DNA of 64,000 bases, taken from assembly GCA_965205015.1 (NCBI GenBank), contig OZ242029.1, positions 4,000,001 to 4,064,000 of the forward strand, written 5' to 3'. Each line of letters begins with the position of its first letter. Position 1 is the first letter of the stretch. Below are positions 9,881 through 18,073 of the stretch, piece by piece. This DNA is from Candidatus Poribacteria bacterium (GTDB taxonomy: Bacteria > Poribacteria > WGA-4E > WGA-3G). Made by a program: the position numbers and the translations under genes. The notes under the pieces are model-generated. The model made no database searches and was not told the DNA's origin. It was given only the letters and a program-made list of their open reading frames with translations.

Positions 9881-10930
9881 CTAAGGTCCACCTGCAGTGA
9901 CACTCGCAGGAAGATACACCATCGTCGCTTGCGTCATACCCCTTGATTGGACTGTCGGTGGACTCTGCGTTGTGGCTTGCGCTACATCAATATTCACAGG
10001 TACCCGCGTTTCGCCTTGAACGGTTATGCGAATTTGTACAGCACTTGGAACACTTTCAGCATCGTTCCATGAGGTGCGCCATGCTTCCGCTTCTCCATCG
10101 AAATACTGGAGATCAAAGCTGGCAAGCCCGGCAACAAGTGTTGCGATATTGACATAAATTGGCTCACCATTTTCATCTGTCTCTGGAACCTCACCCGTCT
10201 GTAAGAGCGCACGGATAACAACTTCAGGGTCGAGTGCTGTCGTTGTAACCCGAAAGAGAGCGAACTCACCGCTCTGGGCATCTTCAACAGGGTCTGAACC
10301 CTGTAGGGGTGATATCTCTGTAGCGGATTCGCCGGGTAATGGTTCGGATCCAACAAAATAAGCCACACGCTGCACATCACTTAAAAGTGGCACAGGCGTT
10401 TGCGAGGCGTTCTGAGATTGGAAACTTGCAAGTTGCGCCAAGAACGGATCTGGATCCGTCTTAACGAGCGTGACAAAGCTGAGCATGTCCCTATCGCCTA
10501 ATTGGCTGGGACCATCTTGCGTATAGAAAGCGAGTACTGGATCCTCCAGTGAAATTTGCATGTTGCTGAGGTCCGTCACAATCCGATCCATCGCGACCCG
10601 ACATCTCTGGGCAGCCAATATTTTCCCCTCTGTCCGATGGTAAGCGTCAACGGCTGTTTTGAAAGCAAAATACGCCGAACCGCCGATGATAACGAGGATA
10701 CTGACTGCCATGAGCATCTCAACGAGTGTCAGTCCACTTTCGGTGTATTGACTCAAACCCGCCACTCGTGCTTTGCAGTCTTGTATCGGAGTCGAGTTGG
10801 GGGTTCGGGAAACCGTCGGAAACCGTTGGAACCCCTCAGCAAAGAGATTCTCTGGCTGACTGCTATTAACGCAGGTTTCTTGGGTTTTCATGATTTCTGA
10901 TGCCTTCGTAGAAATATTATCAACCGCCAC
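9881..10930 (-). CDS. gspJ: Minor pseudopilin GspJ-like, long leader (start could be 10891)
   Basis: SG|LTLVEMLMA N-methylation motif; C-terminal FDLQYFDG..W...W....VPSAVQI pattern. Confidence 0.8.
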   Translation of the reverse strand: MAVDNISTKASEIMKTQETCVNSSQPENLFAEGFQRFPTVSRTPNSTPIQDCKARVAGLSQYTESGLTLVEMLMAVSILVIIGGSAYFAFKTAVDAYHRTEGKILAAQRCRVAMDRIVTDLSNMQISLEDPVLAFYTQDGPSQLGDRDMLSFVTLVKTDPDPFLAQLASFQSQNASQTPVPLLSDVQRVAYFVGSEPLPGESATEISPLQGSDPVEDAQSGEFALFRVTTTALDPEVVIRALLQTGEVPETDENGEPIYVNIATLVAGLASFDLQYFDGEAEAWRTSWNDAESVPSAVQIRITVQGETRVPVNIDVAQATTQSPPTVQSRGMTQATMVYLPASVTAGGP

Positions 10931-11369
10931 CCTGCTGCGCTTGTTGTGGCATTTGCCGATCAGCGATATAGGTGCTCATAGACAGTGAACGTTCTCTGTT
11001 TCTATGTATCCATGTGACGGTTACTTGAACCCGACGAATGTTTTCAACCTCTTCAGAATCTACGTCCTCAACGACGGAACGCCAACGATAGCGTGTATTT
11101 TCACCGAACTCGTCAGATTCTTCACCAACATCTGGATACCCCTCCATCTCAATCTCCGCCATCCGATATTTGAGCAGATAGAGTGCGGTCGTACTGTTGT
11201 CTGAAAGTCCTTGGTTCCGCGCAGCGATAGCAAACGCTTGTAACAAGGCTGGCAGGACAGCCGCCAAAATCGCCAACGTCACAAGAACCTCAACGAGGGT
11301 AAAACCGTCTTTTTCTTCTGGTGCTGGGCGCGTTTTTTTTGTGATTCGCAAGGCGTTAAATCCCGTCAT
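10920..11369 (-). CDS. gspI: Minor pseudopilin GspI-like
   Basis: DG|FTLVEVLVTLAIL; YRWR and RRVQVTVTW motifs; small size. Confidence 0.85.
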   Translation of the reverse strand: MTGFNALRITKKTRPAPEEKDGFTLVEVLVTLAILAAVLPALLQAFAIAARNQGLSDNSTTALYLLKYRMAEIEMEGYPDVGEESDEFGENTRYRWRSVVEDVDSEEVENIRRVQVTVTWIHRNRERSLSMSTYIADRQMPQQAQQGGG

Positions 11370-11386
11370 AACTCTGAAAGGTAAAA

Positions 11387-12169
11387 TTAAAAGGAGTCGG
11401 CGGTTTCAAAGCCCAACATCTCGATCTCCTGAGATGTGAGTTGTCGCACACGGACCCGTCCGCTCGCCGCCTCAACAGTGACAGACATTATCTGGTTCCG
11501 CGTGTTCCTGAGATATACGAAAGCATCCTCGGAGGTAGAAGTCGGCGAGAAATAGATGTACGCCACGCCAGAATCAACCTGAACAGTCCTACCGTTGTGG
11601 TTGGTTACCATCGTGGCTAATGTTACATGCTGTTCCATGGAATAGGGTACTCCCAAGATACCGCTGGATCGTGCCAAAGGTACCTGTGAAGCGGAGGTTC
11701 CCGCCGTCGGAAGGGTTTGTAACCCCGAATTCCTGTTTATATTATTCTGTGCAGCCGCTACAGCCGTAGAATTTTGAGCCGTCAGTGTTGACGTAAGCGG
11801 ATTACTTGGGTCAAACGTTTCGCTGGAGGCAAGCCAGTATCGATTGTTGTCAAAATCAAAAACAACGAGATGTGTCGTTTGATCCGTGACTGCCATATCT
11901 CGGGCAAACGTGAGAAGACTGCGGAGTGTATAAGCAGAAGCTTTTAAACGGCGCGTTGTCACGAACCCTTTCAGTGCCGGCATAGAGATTGCTGACAGTA
12001 TACCGATGAGGGTCAAGACGATGAGCAACTCCGTAACTGTGAATGCCGAAGTCCCCGTAGCGACTGGTGGTGGAAGACTGGAAGGCTGGAAGATTGAGCG
12101 GGAGACATTTCTTTCCGCCTTCCCGCCTTCCCGCCTTCCCGCCTTCCCTCTTTCGGTCGGGCGTAACAT
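11387..12169 (-). CDS. gspH: Minor pseudopilin GspH/FimT-like with 42-aa repeat-containing leader
   Basis: SA|FTVTELLIVLTLIGIL; ARDMAV; C-terminal SGRVRV; ATG at 12169 lies just after the gspG stop with GGAG upstream. Confidence 0.8.
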   Translation of the reverse strand: MLRPTERGKAGRREGGKAERNVSRSIFQPSSLPPPVATGTSAFTVTELLIVLTLIGILSAISMPALKGFVTTRRLKASAYTLRSLLTFARDMAVTDQTTHLVVFDFDNNRYWLASSETFDPSNPLTSTLTAQNSTAVAAAQNNINRNSGLQTLPTAGTSASQVPLARSSGILGVPYSMEQHVTLATMVTNHNGRTVQVDSGVAYIYFSPTSTSEDAFVYLRNTRNQIMSVTVEAASGRVRVRQLTSQEIEMLGFETADSF

Positions 12170-12173
12170 CGTT

Positions 12174-12644
12174 TTAGTAGGCTCCGGTGGTTTCATCAAC
12201 CCAATTGGTAATGTCTGTGTCCAGGTCAGTGCCGCCTACCTTCCCATCCTTACCCATCGAATAGAGGTCGTAGTCGTATCCGTAGTGGGTACTGGGCTGG
12301 CGATAGACGTATGGGTTATTCCATGGATCCACGAAATTGGGACTGTCAATATAGGGACCATCCCAATTGGCGGGGGCAGGGCTCGGTACCCGCCATAAGG
12401 CGCTTAACCCTTGTTCGGTTGTAGGGTATTCACCCGTTGCGATCGCATACTGTTCCAACGCCGTTTTTATGCCGTTAATTTCTGTTTGTGCCTTCGCGAC
12501 TTTTGCTTGCTGCGGGGCGTTGATAACGCGCGGCGCGATGAAGGCAGCCAAAATCCCTAAAATGACGATCACAATCGTCAATTCAATGAGTGTTAAACCC
12601 GACTGATCAGATTTCAGTTGCGCGTACATTTTATTTTTCTCCAT
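12174..12644 (-). CDS. gspG: Major pseudopilin GspG
   Basis: SG|LTLIELTIVIVILGILA; YPTTEQGL, NWDGPY, DPWNNPYVY, LYSMGKDG, DITNW. Confidence 0.96.
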   Translation of the reverse strand: MEKNKMYAQLKSDQSGLTLIELTIVIVILGILAAFIAPRVINAPQQAKVAKAQTEINGIKTALEQYAIATGEYPTTEQGLSALWRVPSPAPANWDGPYIDSPNFVDPWNNPYVYRQPSTHYGYDYDLYSMGKDGKVGGTDLDTDITNWVDETTGAY

Positions 12645-12650
12645 TTTAGA

Positions 12651-12839
12651 GTTGTCTGTTGTCAGTTTTCAGTGAAGAGGGTTTCTCGTAACAATCTCCC
12701 AAAGTGTTCTAAAGTTATAGAGTCTGTACAGTTGTAAGAGTCATTCGGACGTTCCAAACATCTCTTTCAACTTCCGAACTTCCCAACTTTAGCACACTCT
12801 CAAACTTTTTGCCCTCTTGTAACTGATAACTAAGAACTG
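12651..12839. repeat. Nested imperfect palindromes between gspF and gspG
   Basis: Outer arms 12651-12681 and 12812-12839; inner arms AGTGTTCTAAAGTT 12703-12716 and AACTTTAGCACACT 12785-12798; innermost arms about 12731-12740 and 12762-12771. Confidence 0.75.
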
Positions 12840-14072
12840 TTAACCGCTTAATAATTGGTTTGCCTCAAAGATCGGGAGGATCATCGCAACAGCGATAAAC
12901 CCGATAACAAGTCCCATGAGTAAAATGACAAGCGGACCGATGGAACTTGTTAGACGTTCAAGGCTCTTTTTTATTTCTAAATCGTAATATTCAGAGAGTT
13001 TGCTCAGCATGTGGACAGGTTCACCAGATTCCTCGCCAACCGCTACCATGTGGGTGACGAATTCAGGAAAATCCTTGCTTCTACTCAGCTCACGTGCGAG
13101 CGAGGACCCCTGCTCAACTTCCGTTTCTGCTGCGGCGACGACATTACTGTATACCTTATTCCCGATAGTGTCCTTGACGACTTGGAGAGCCGGCAGCATA
13201 CGCACACCATTTTCTAAAAGTGTTGCCATCGTTCGAGTGAAGCGAACAATGGCAAAGGTGCTAAATATGGGGCCGATAAGAGGTAATTTGAGTTTTAGGC
13301 GGTCAAACCAAACTTGACCGGTTTCATGACGGAGATATTGGTTCAAACCTGCTACGCCGACAATGACCGCGAGAAGCCCGAGCCACCAATAGGTTTGAAA
13401 GGCATCGGTCGTCCCAATGAGAATTCGCGTCGGCAGCGGCAATTCGACACCGAGATCGTTGAACATCGCGGTAAATTTCGGTATGACAAGAATCATGAGT
13501 ACTGCAACAGCGGAGACACTCAGTGTTAACAGGATAACTGGATAGAAGAGTGCTGAGATGACATCGTTTTTGAGGAGTCTCTGCCGTTCTGCGAATTCCG
13601 CGAGCCGTTCTAAGACTATGCCAAGGACACCACCACTCTCGCCGGCTCTTACCATGTTGACATAAAGATCAGAAAACACCTTCGGGTGCTGCGTGAGAGC
13701 GTCGTGGAAAGTCGCGCCGTGTTCCACATCGTACTTGACTTGGGAAACAATACGATGAAGTGCAGGATTTTGGATTTGACCGAGTGTAACCTCCAGTGCG
13801 CGTGGCAGCGGGACATGCGCGTTCACCAACGTTGCTAATTGGTACGTAAAGAACTCAACATCCGCTGCCTTGACTCCACGCCCACCGATCTTAAACCAAC
13901 GACGGACATCCGCCGGTGCTGCCTCCTCCGTTTCTTCAACAATGTCTGTGGGCCAATAGCCCATCTGCCGTAAACGAGAAATAAGCTCGGCTTTGGAGTC
14001 AGCTTCTATTGTATTCGTAACGGTACCACCGCCATGGGTGAGTGCTTCATATCGGAATACTGGCACAATCAA
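12840..14072 (-). CDS. gspF: Type II secretion inner-membrane platform protein GspF
   Basis: F..QLATLV, HPKVFSDLYVNMVRAGESGG, ALFYP, LPLPT, AVGEESG, AMILPI. Confidence 0.95.
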   Translation of the reverse strand: MIVPVFRYEALTHGGGTVTNTIEADSKAELISRLRQMGYWPTDIVEETEEAAPADVRRWFKIGGRGVKAADVEFFTYQLATLVNAHVPLPRALEVTLGQIQNPALHRIVSQVKYDVEHGATFHDALTQHPKVFSDLYVNMVRAGESGGVLGIVLERLAEFAERQRLLKNDVISALFYPVILLTLSVSAVAVLMILVIPKFTAMFNDLGVELPLPTRILIGTTDAFQTYWWLGLLAVIVGVAGLNQYLRHETGQVWFDRLKLKLPLIGPIFSTFAIVRFTRTMATLLENGVRMLPALQVVKDTIGNKVYSNVVAAAETEVEQGSSLARELSRSKDFPEFVTHMVAVGEESGEPVHMLSKLSEYYDLEIKKSLERLTSSIGPLVILLMGLVIGFIAVAMILPIFEANQLLSG

Positions 14073-14106
14073 CCTCTCCGTCAGAATTCAGGGATACGGG
14101 GATATA

Positions 14107-14898
14107 TTAATACCCTTTCAGACTACCCCACATCGTCGCGAGTTTCGCCTTGGGGGCCACCGATAACCCTCCACTGTTCGGAATACTGTCGCCGGTAATC
14201 ACAACGTTGTCGAATCGCGCTGTTTGATTCGAGAGTCCCAAACCCGCCGCTCCTGTCAGGAAATCTTGGAACCCATTTAATTGCCATGCTTGAAACCGTT
14301 CAGGTTGTCCTTCTTCTTCCGCATGTTGTTTCCTGATAGCGTTAATACGTTCAAAAGTCCGACGGTTTGGAAGTTGGATAGGCCCAATAACCTGATTACC
14401 GTTAATCCAAAAATTTAGGATATTTTCTTTAACATCTAACTTTAACTTCGACCACTTGTTTAATTTTAAAGATCGATGAAATTTAAAATGTGAAAATACG
14501 AATGTTTGTGGGTCCTGAAAATTGCCAGCAGCAAACCCAGTCCTGGAGACGTTATCGCCAAGTAGCGTATCGCCGATGAAACACCATGCAACCCAACTCC
14601 CTTTGACCCGAGCGGCAATAGCGATATAGCCGGGACCTGGCTTTTCAAGCGGTTTGACATCAAATTCGATGGTGTAATCGCGCCACGTCTCATCACCGAC
14701 CGTGAGTAAACGAATCCAGCCGTCAGGGCTAACCGCATGAAGTTCACGACCAACGATTTTCCAAGAACCGGGCAGGGCATCACGAACGAGAATCTCTTTC
14801 CATGCGCCGAAGTTATTATCAAAATCTTCCAAAAATGTTCCTGCTCTTGCCGAAAAGGCGGCGAGGAAAATAAGACTTACAATCACTACCAACTTCAT
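14107..14898 (-). CDS. Secreted concanavalin/DUF1080-like beta-sandwich protein with C-terminal VAPKAKLATMWGSLK motif
   Basis: Signal peptide ARA|GTFLEDF; GDETWRDYTIEFDVK; ARFDNVVITG. Confidence 0.7.
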   Translation of the reverse strand: MKLVVIVSLIFLAAFSARAGTFLEDFDNNFGAWKEILVRDALPGSWKIVGRELHAVSPDGWIRLLTVGDETWRDYTIEFDVKPLEKPGPGYIAIAARVKGSWVAWCFIGDTLLGDNVSRTGFAAGNFQDPQTFVFSHFKFHRSLKLNKWSKLKLDVKENILNFWINGNQVIGPIQLPNRRTFERINAIRKQHAEEEGQPERFQAWQLNGFQDFLTGAAGLGLSNQTARFDNVVITGDSIPNSGGLSVAPKAKLATMWGSLKGY

Positions 14899-14918
14899 AT
14901 TGACCCCTTTTACGACGT

Positions 14919-14943
14919 GTAGGAGCGAGCACCAGTTCGCGAT
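14919..14943 (+). repeat. GTAG-type REP-like short palindrome
   Basis: GTAGGAGCGAGCACCAGTTCGCGAT; related to 27644-27667 and 49932-49956. Confidence 0.55.
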
Positions 14944-14946
14944 CCC

Positions 14947-16722
14947 TTACACAACTTCCACGAAATCAAATTCGTCTTCCTGCGTTAGTCGAATCACCTC
15001 GTCAACCGTTGTCAATCCAGCAGCGACCTTGCGCCAACCGTCTTCACGTAAGCCTTTCATACCCATTTGAACAGCGAGTCTACGAATCTCACTCGTCGAT
15101 GCCTGCTTGAGTGCCATTGCGCGAATTTCATCCGTCATAAGTAAAACTTCAAAGATGCCGATTCTACCTTTGTAACCCCTCCCCCGGCACTCCTTACATC
15201 CAACTGCCCGCGGAATTTTCAAATCGTAAGAAATAGCCGTACTGTTGCCAGGGCTGTTACCGTTACCCATCAGGCCCGCCAATTCGTGCATGTCGGGAGA
15301 ATACATCTCACAACACGCCTTGCACACACGGCGAGCAAGTCTTTGGGCGATGACCCCCTCTACCGTGGAGGCAACGAGATAGGGTTCAACGTTCATATCG
15401 ATAAGTCGCGTGATTGCACCAGGGGCATCGTTGGTGTGAAGCGTGCTAAAGACGAGGTGTCCTGTGAGGGAGGTATGAATCGCCATCTCGGCAGTTTCAT
15501 AATCCCGAATCTCACCGACCAATACCTTGTCGGGATCCTGCCGTAGGATATGTCGGAGCCCCTGCGCGAAGGTAAAACCTATATCGGGATTGACCTGGAT
15601 CTGGTTAATCCCCTCTAATTCGTACTCTACGGGGTCTTCAAGCGTTATGATTTTGACATCGGGTGAGTTAATCTCTTTCAAACACGCATATAGCGATGTC
15701 GTTTTTCCGCTACCGGTGGGTCCCGTTGCAAGGATGATACCGTACGGTTTACGGATCATACGTTGAAAGAGCTGGAGGTTTTCCTCGGTTAACCCGAGTT
15801 CTTCAAGCCCGAATTCTATAGATTGACGATCGAGGATACGGAGGACAACGCTTTCACCGTGCAGTGTGGCGACTGTTGGCACCGTAGAGACGCGAAGGTC
15901 TATTTGCCGGTTACCGACGCTCCCAATCTGCCGACTGATTTTTCCATCTTGTGGACGTCTCCGTTCTGCGACATCCATCCCCGCCATGATTTTGATACGC
16001 GAAGTGATGGCAGATTGGAGATAGGCGGGGGGTTGCGGCTGATCCTCCAGCACGCCATCGACACGGAAACGGATTTTCAGTTGCGTCGGGTAGGGCTCAA
16101 TGTGGATATCGCTGGCTCCCATTCGGACGGCATCGATAATCATCTGGTCAACGGCGTGTATAACTGTCGGATCTTGGCTGAGGTCTTTCTCATCAATGCC
16201 GAAATCGTCAATCGTCTCGCGTTCAAGCGTGGCAGTTGCACCCACGGGTCCCTTGATACCCGCACTGAGGAGGCTTTCAGCGGTGCGTCCATAGAGACGA
16301 ACGATTGCCTCGTCAATATCCGTTTCATCCGCAAGGATAGGTGTAATTTGGCAATTTGTGATGAGTTCAATCTCGTCAATGAGAACGACATCCAAAACAT
16401 CCACCATCACAACCGTGAGTTGATCTCCGATCAACTCTATAGGGACGATTTTATTTCGGTACGCGAACCCGGGTGACACCTTTTCAAGCACGGCAGATTC
16501 AGGAGAAATCCCTTCTAATTGAATGAAAGATGTGCCGCATTCGACACTTTTTGTGGCGAGTGCAAGGATATTGGAGGGTACGCCATGCTTAGAAAGCACA
16601 GCGGCTTCGGATACGCCGGTCTGTTTTATTTCTGCAACGATCTCTGTGTAGTCTTGTTCAGAAATGAGAGATGCCTGTCGCATCACCTCAACAAGCGAAT
16701 CCGTATTCAGCGTCTGTTGCAT
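14947..16722 (-). CDS. gspE: Type II secretion / pilus assembly ATPase GspE
   Basis: ASDIHIEP, ERRRPQDG, Walker A GPTGSGKT, TLEDPVE, LRQDPD, Walker B VLVGEIRD, TGHLVFSTLH, tetracysteine CxxC...CxxC. Confidence 0.96.
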   Translation of the reverse strand: MQQTLNTDSLVEVMRQASLISEQDYTEIVAEIKQTGVSEAAVLSKHGVPSNILALATKSVECGTSFIQLEGISPESAVLEKVSPGFAYRNKIVPIELIGDQLTVVMVDVLDVVLIDEIELITNCQITPILADETDIDEAIVRLYGRTAESLLSAGIKGPVGATATLERETIDDFGIDEKDLSQDPTVIHAVDQMIIDAVRMGASDIHIEPYPTQLKIRFRVDGVLEDQPQPPAYLQSAITSRIKIMAGMDVAERRRPQDGKISRQIGSVGNRQIDLRVSTVPTVATLHGESVVLRILDRQSIEFGLEELGLTEENLQLFQRMIRKPYGIILATGPTGSGKTTSLYACLKEINSPDVKIITLEDPVEYELEGINQIQVNPDIGFTFAQGLRHILRQDPDKVLVGEIRDYETAEMAIHTSLTGHLVFSTLHTNDAPGAITRLIDMNVEPYLVASTVEGVIAQRLARRVCKACCEMYSPDMHELAGLMGNGNSPGNSTAISYDLKIPRAVGCKECRGRGYKGRIGIFEVLLMTDEIRAMALKQASTSEIRRLAVQMGMKGLREDGWRKVAAGLTTVDEVIRLTQEDEFDFVEVV

Positions 16723-16827
16723 AGTGTAAAAGCTCTACTTTTCGTTGGGATCCGGGACCTCACGCGAGAAGTAGCCTCTATGTTGTTTTTTCTATGAATC
16801 TATCGTATAGTCTCTGTTGTTGCTAAT

Positions 16828-16854
16828 TAAGACGCAGGAGATAGAGATAAGTTT
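16828..16854 (-). promoter_or_regulatory. Putative ECF (sigmaE-type) promoter upstream of gspE
   Basis: Minus strand AAACTT-N16-TCTTA, same geometry as GAACTT-N16-TCTAA at 45407-45433. Confidence 0.5.
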
Positions 16855-16864
16855 AACAAGCAAC

Positions 16865-18049
16865 CTATTCCTCAATCCGTCGGATCGCTTTTTTCGCTGC
16901 GTCGCGAACGGCTTTAGCACTATCATTGAGGGCGTGTGTCAAAGCAGTCCGCACGTCAGGAGATGTTGCACGCATTTCGCCTAATTCATCAGCGGCATTG
17001 CGTCGGACATCCTCGTCAGTATCGCGTAGGGCTTCAAGGAGCGGTTTCACGACCACCTCTCCAGAATTACCGTCGTCTACGAGTGCCTCACCGATTGCCC
17101 CAAGCACATCAACGATGTGTCCACGCGTTACGGCTGACGGACTCTTCGTAAGCGCATCCGTCAACATCGGTGTGATCGTCGCAGCGGTGCTTTCGCCTAA
17201 TTCAATTAAGGCATCTTCGGCATTCGCTCGCACGGATTTAGAACCGTCAGACAGCGCGCCTATCAACGCAGTAAACGTTTGGGTAGAGGCGGCTCGTATA
17301 TCAGACAACTCCTCAATCGCATTCGTTCGGACTTTTGTCGACTTATCATTGAGACTGGCAATTAAAGCATCTCGGATCGTATCGGTGGGCTGCCCATTTT
17401 TGGCGAGGATTTCGCCGATCCGTCCTAAAACATCGAGGACATCGCTGCGTGCGCTCGATGAACCTCTCGTCCGTACCGCTGTGAGTGCTGGTACGACGAC
17501 AGCAACCGATTCCGCGGATGTCGGACGCACATCGTCCAATTCCTGAACTGCCTCACGAAAAACATCATCCGAAGCGTCTTGAAGTGCCATCGCTAAACCG
17601 ATCGCAGCGGTATCATAATTATTGCCTGCTTTTCTCTCTCGTTCACCGATTTCACCTAATGCTTCAACAGCCTCTTCGCGGACGCGCCTATCCGGATCTT
17701 GAAGCATCGCGACGAGGGCAGGTGTGCCGGGACTCCCAATCTCTTCAAGGAAGTCCACATACTCACGTCTTACATCATCAGATTCATCCGCCAAAGTTGG
17801 GGCGATCTGTGCAAGCAATTCAGATTGCCATTTCGCTTCTATCATTCTATGCTTCGCTTTGATCGCATCGAGTTCAGCGGCGAGTTCCGATAGCGGACTC
17901 TCCTGTGATTCTGCTGTCGCCTCGTGGAGCTGGACTATTTGACGAATCCCTAAACCGATGAAGATACCAATAACAGCTATCATCACCCAAGACCATTGTC
18001 TCACAGGTGCTGTAGTGTTCACATTCGGTGTAAATCTTTTCTGAATCAT
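16865..18049 (-). CDS. Membrane-anchored HEAT/PBS-lyase repeat protein
   Basis: N-terminal TM helix; repeated L.D....VR..A...LG.I units. Confidence 0.85.
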   Translation of the reverse strand: MIQKRFTPNVNTTAPVRQWSWVMIAVIGIFIGLGIRQIVQLHEATAESQESPLSELAAELDAIKAKHRMIEAKWQSELLAQIAPTLADESDDVRREYVDFLEEIGSPGTPALVAMLQDPDRRVREEAVEALGEIGERERKAGNNYDTAAIGLAMALQDASDDVFREAVQELDDVRPTSAESVAVVVPALTAVRTRGSSSARSDVLDVLGRIGEILAKNGQPTDTIRDALIASLNDKSTKVRTNAIEELSDIRAASTQTFTALIGALSDGSKSVRANAEDALIELGESTAATITPMLTDALTKSPSAVTRGHIVDVLGAIGEALVDDGNSGEVVVKPLLEALRDTDEDVRRNAADELGEMRATSPDVRTALTHALNDSAKAVRDAAKKAIRRIEE

Positions 18050-18073
18050 TGTTGACTCCTTAATTCGTTGTGT

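Noticed and set aside
8312-16722. Competence or type IV pilus system rather than T2SS
   Set aside because: GspG has the full T2SS-specific motif set, no PilT or ComEC is present, and the HhH modules are acidic; kept only as a minor alternative
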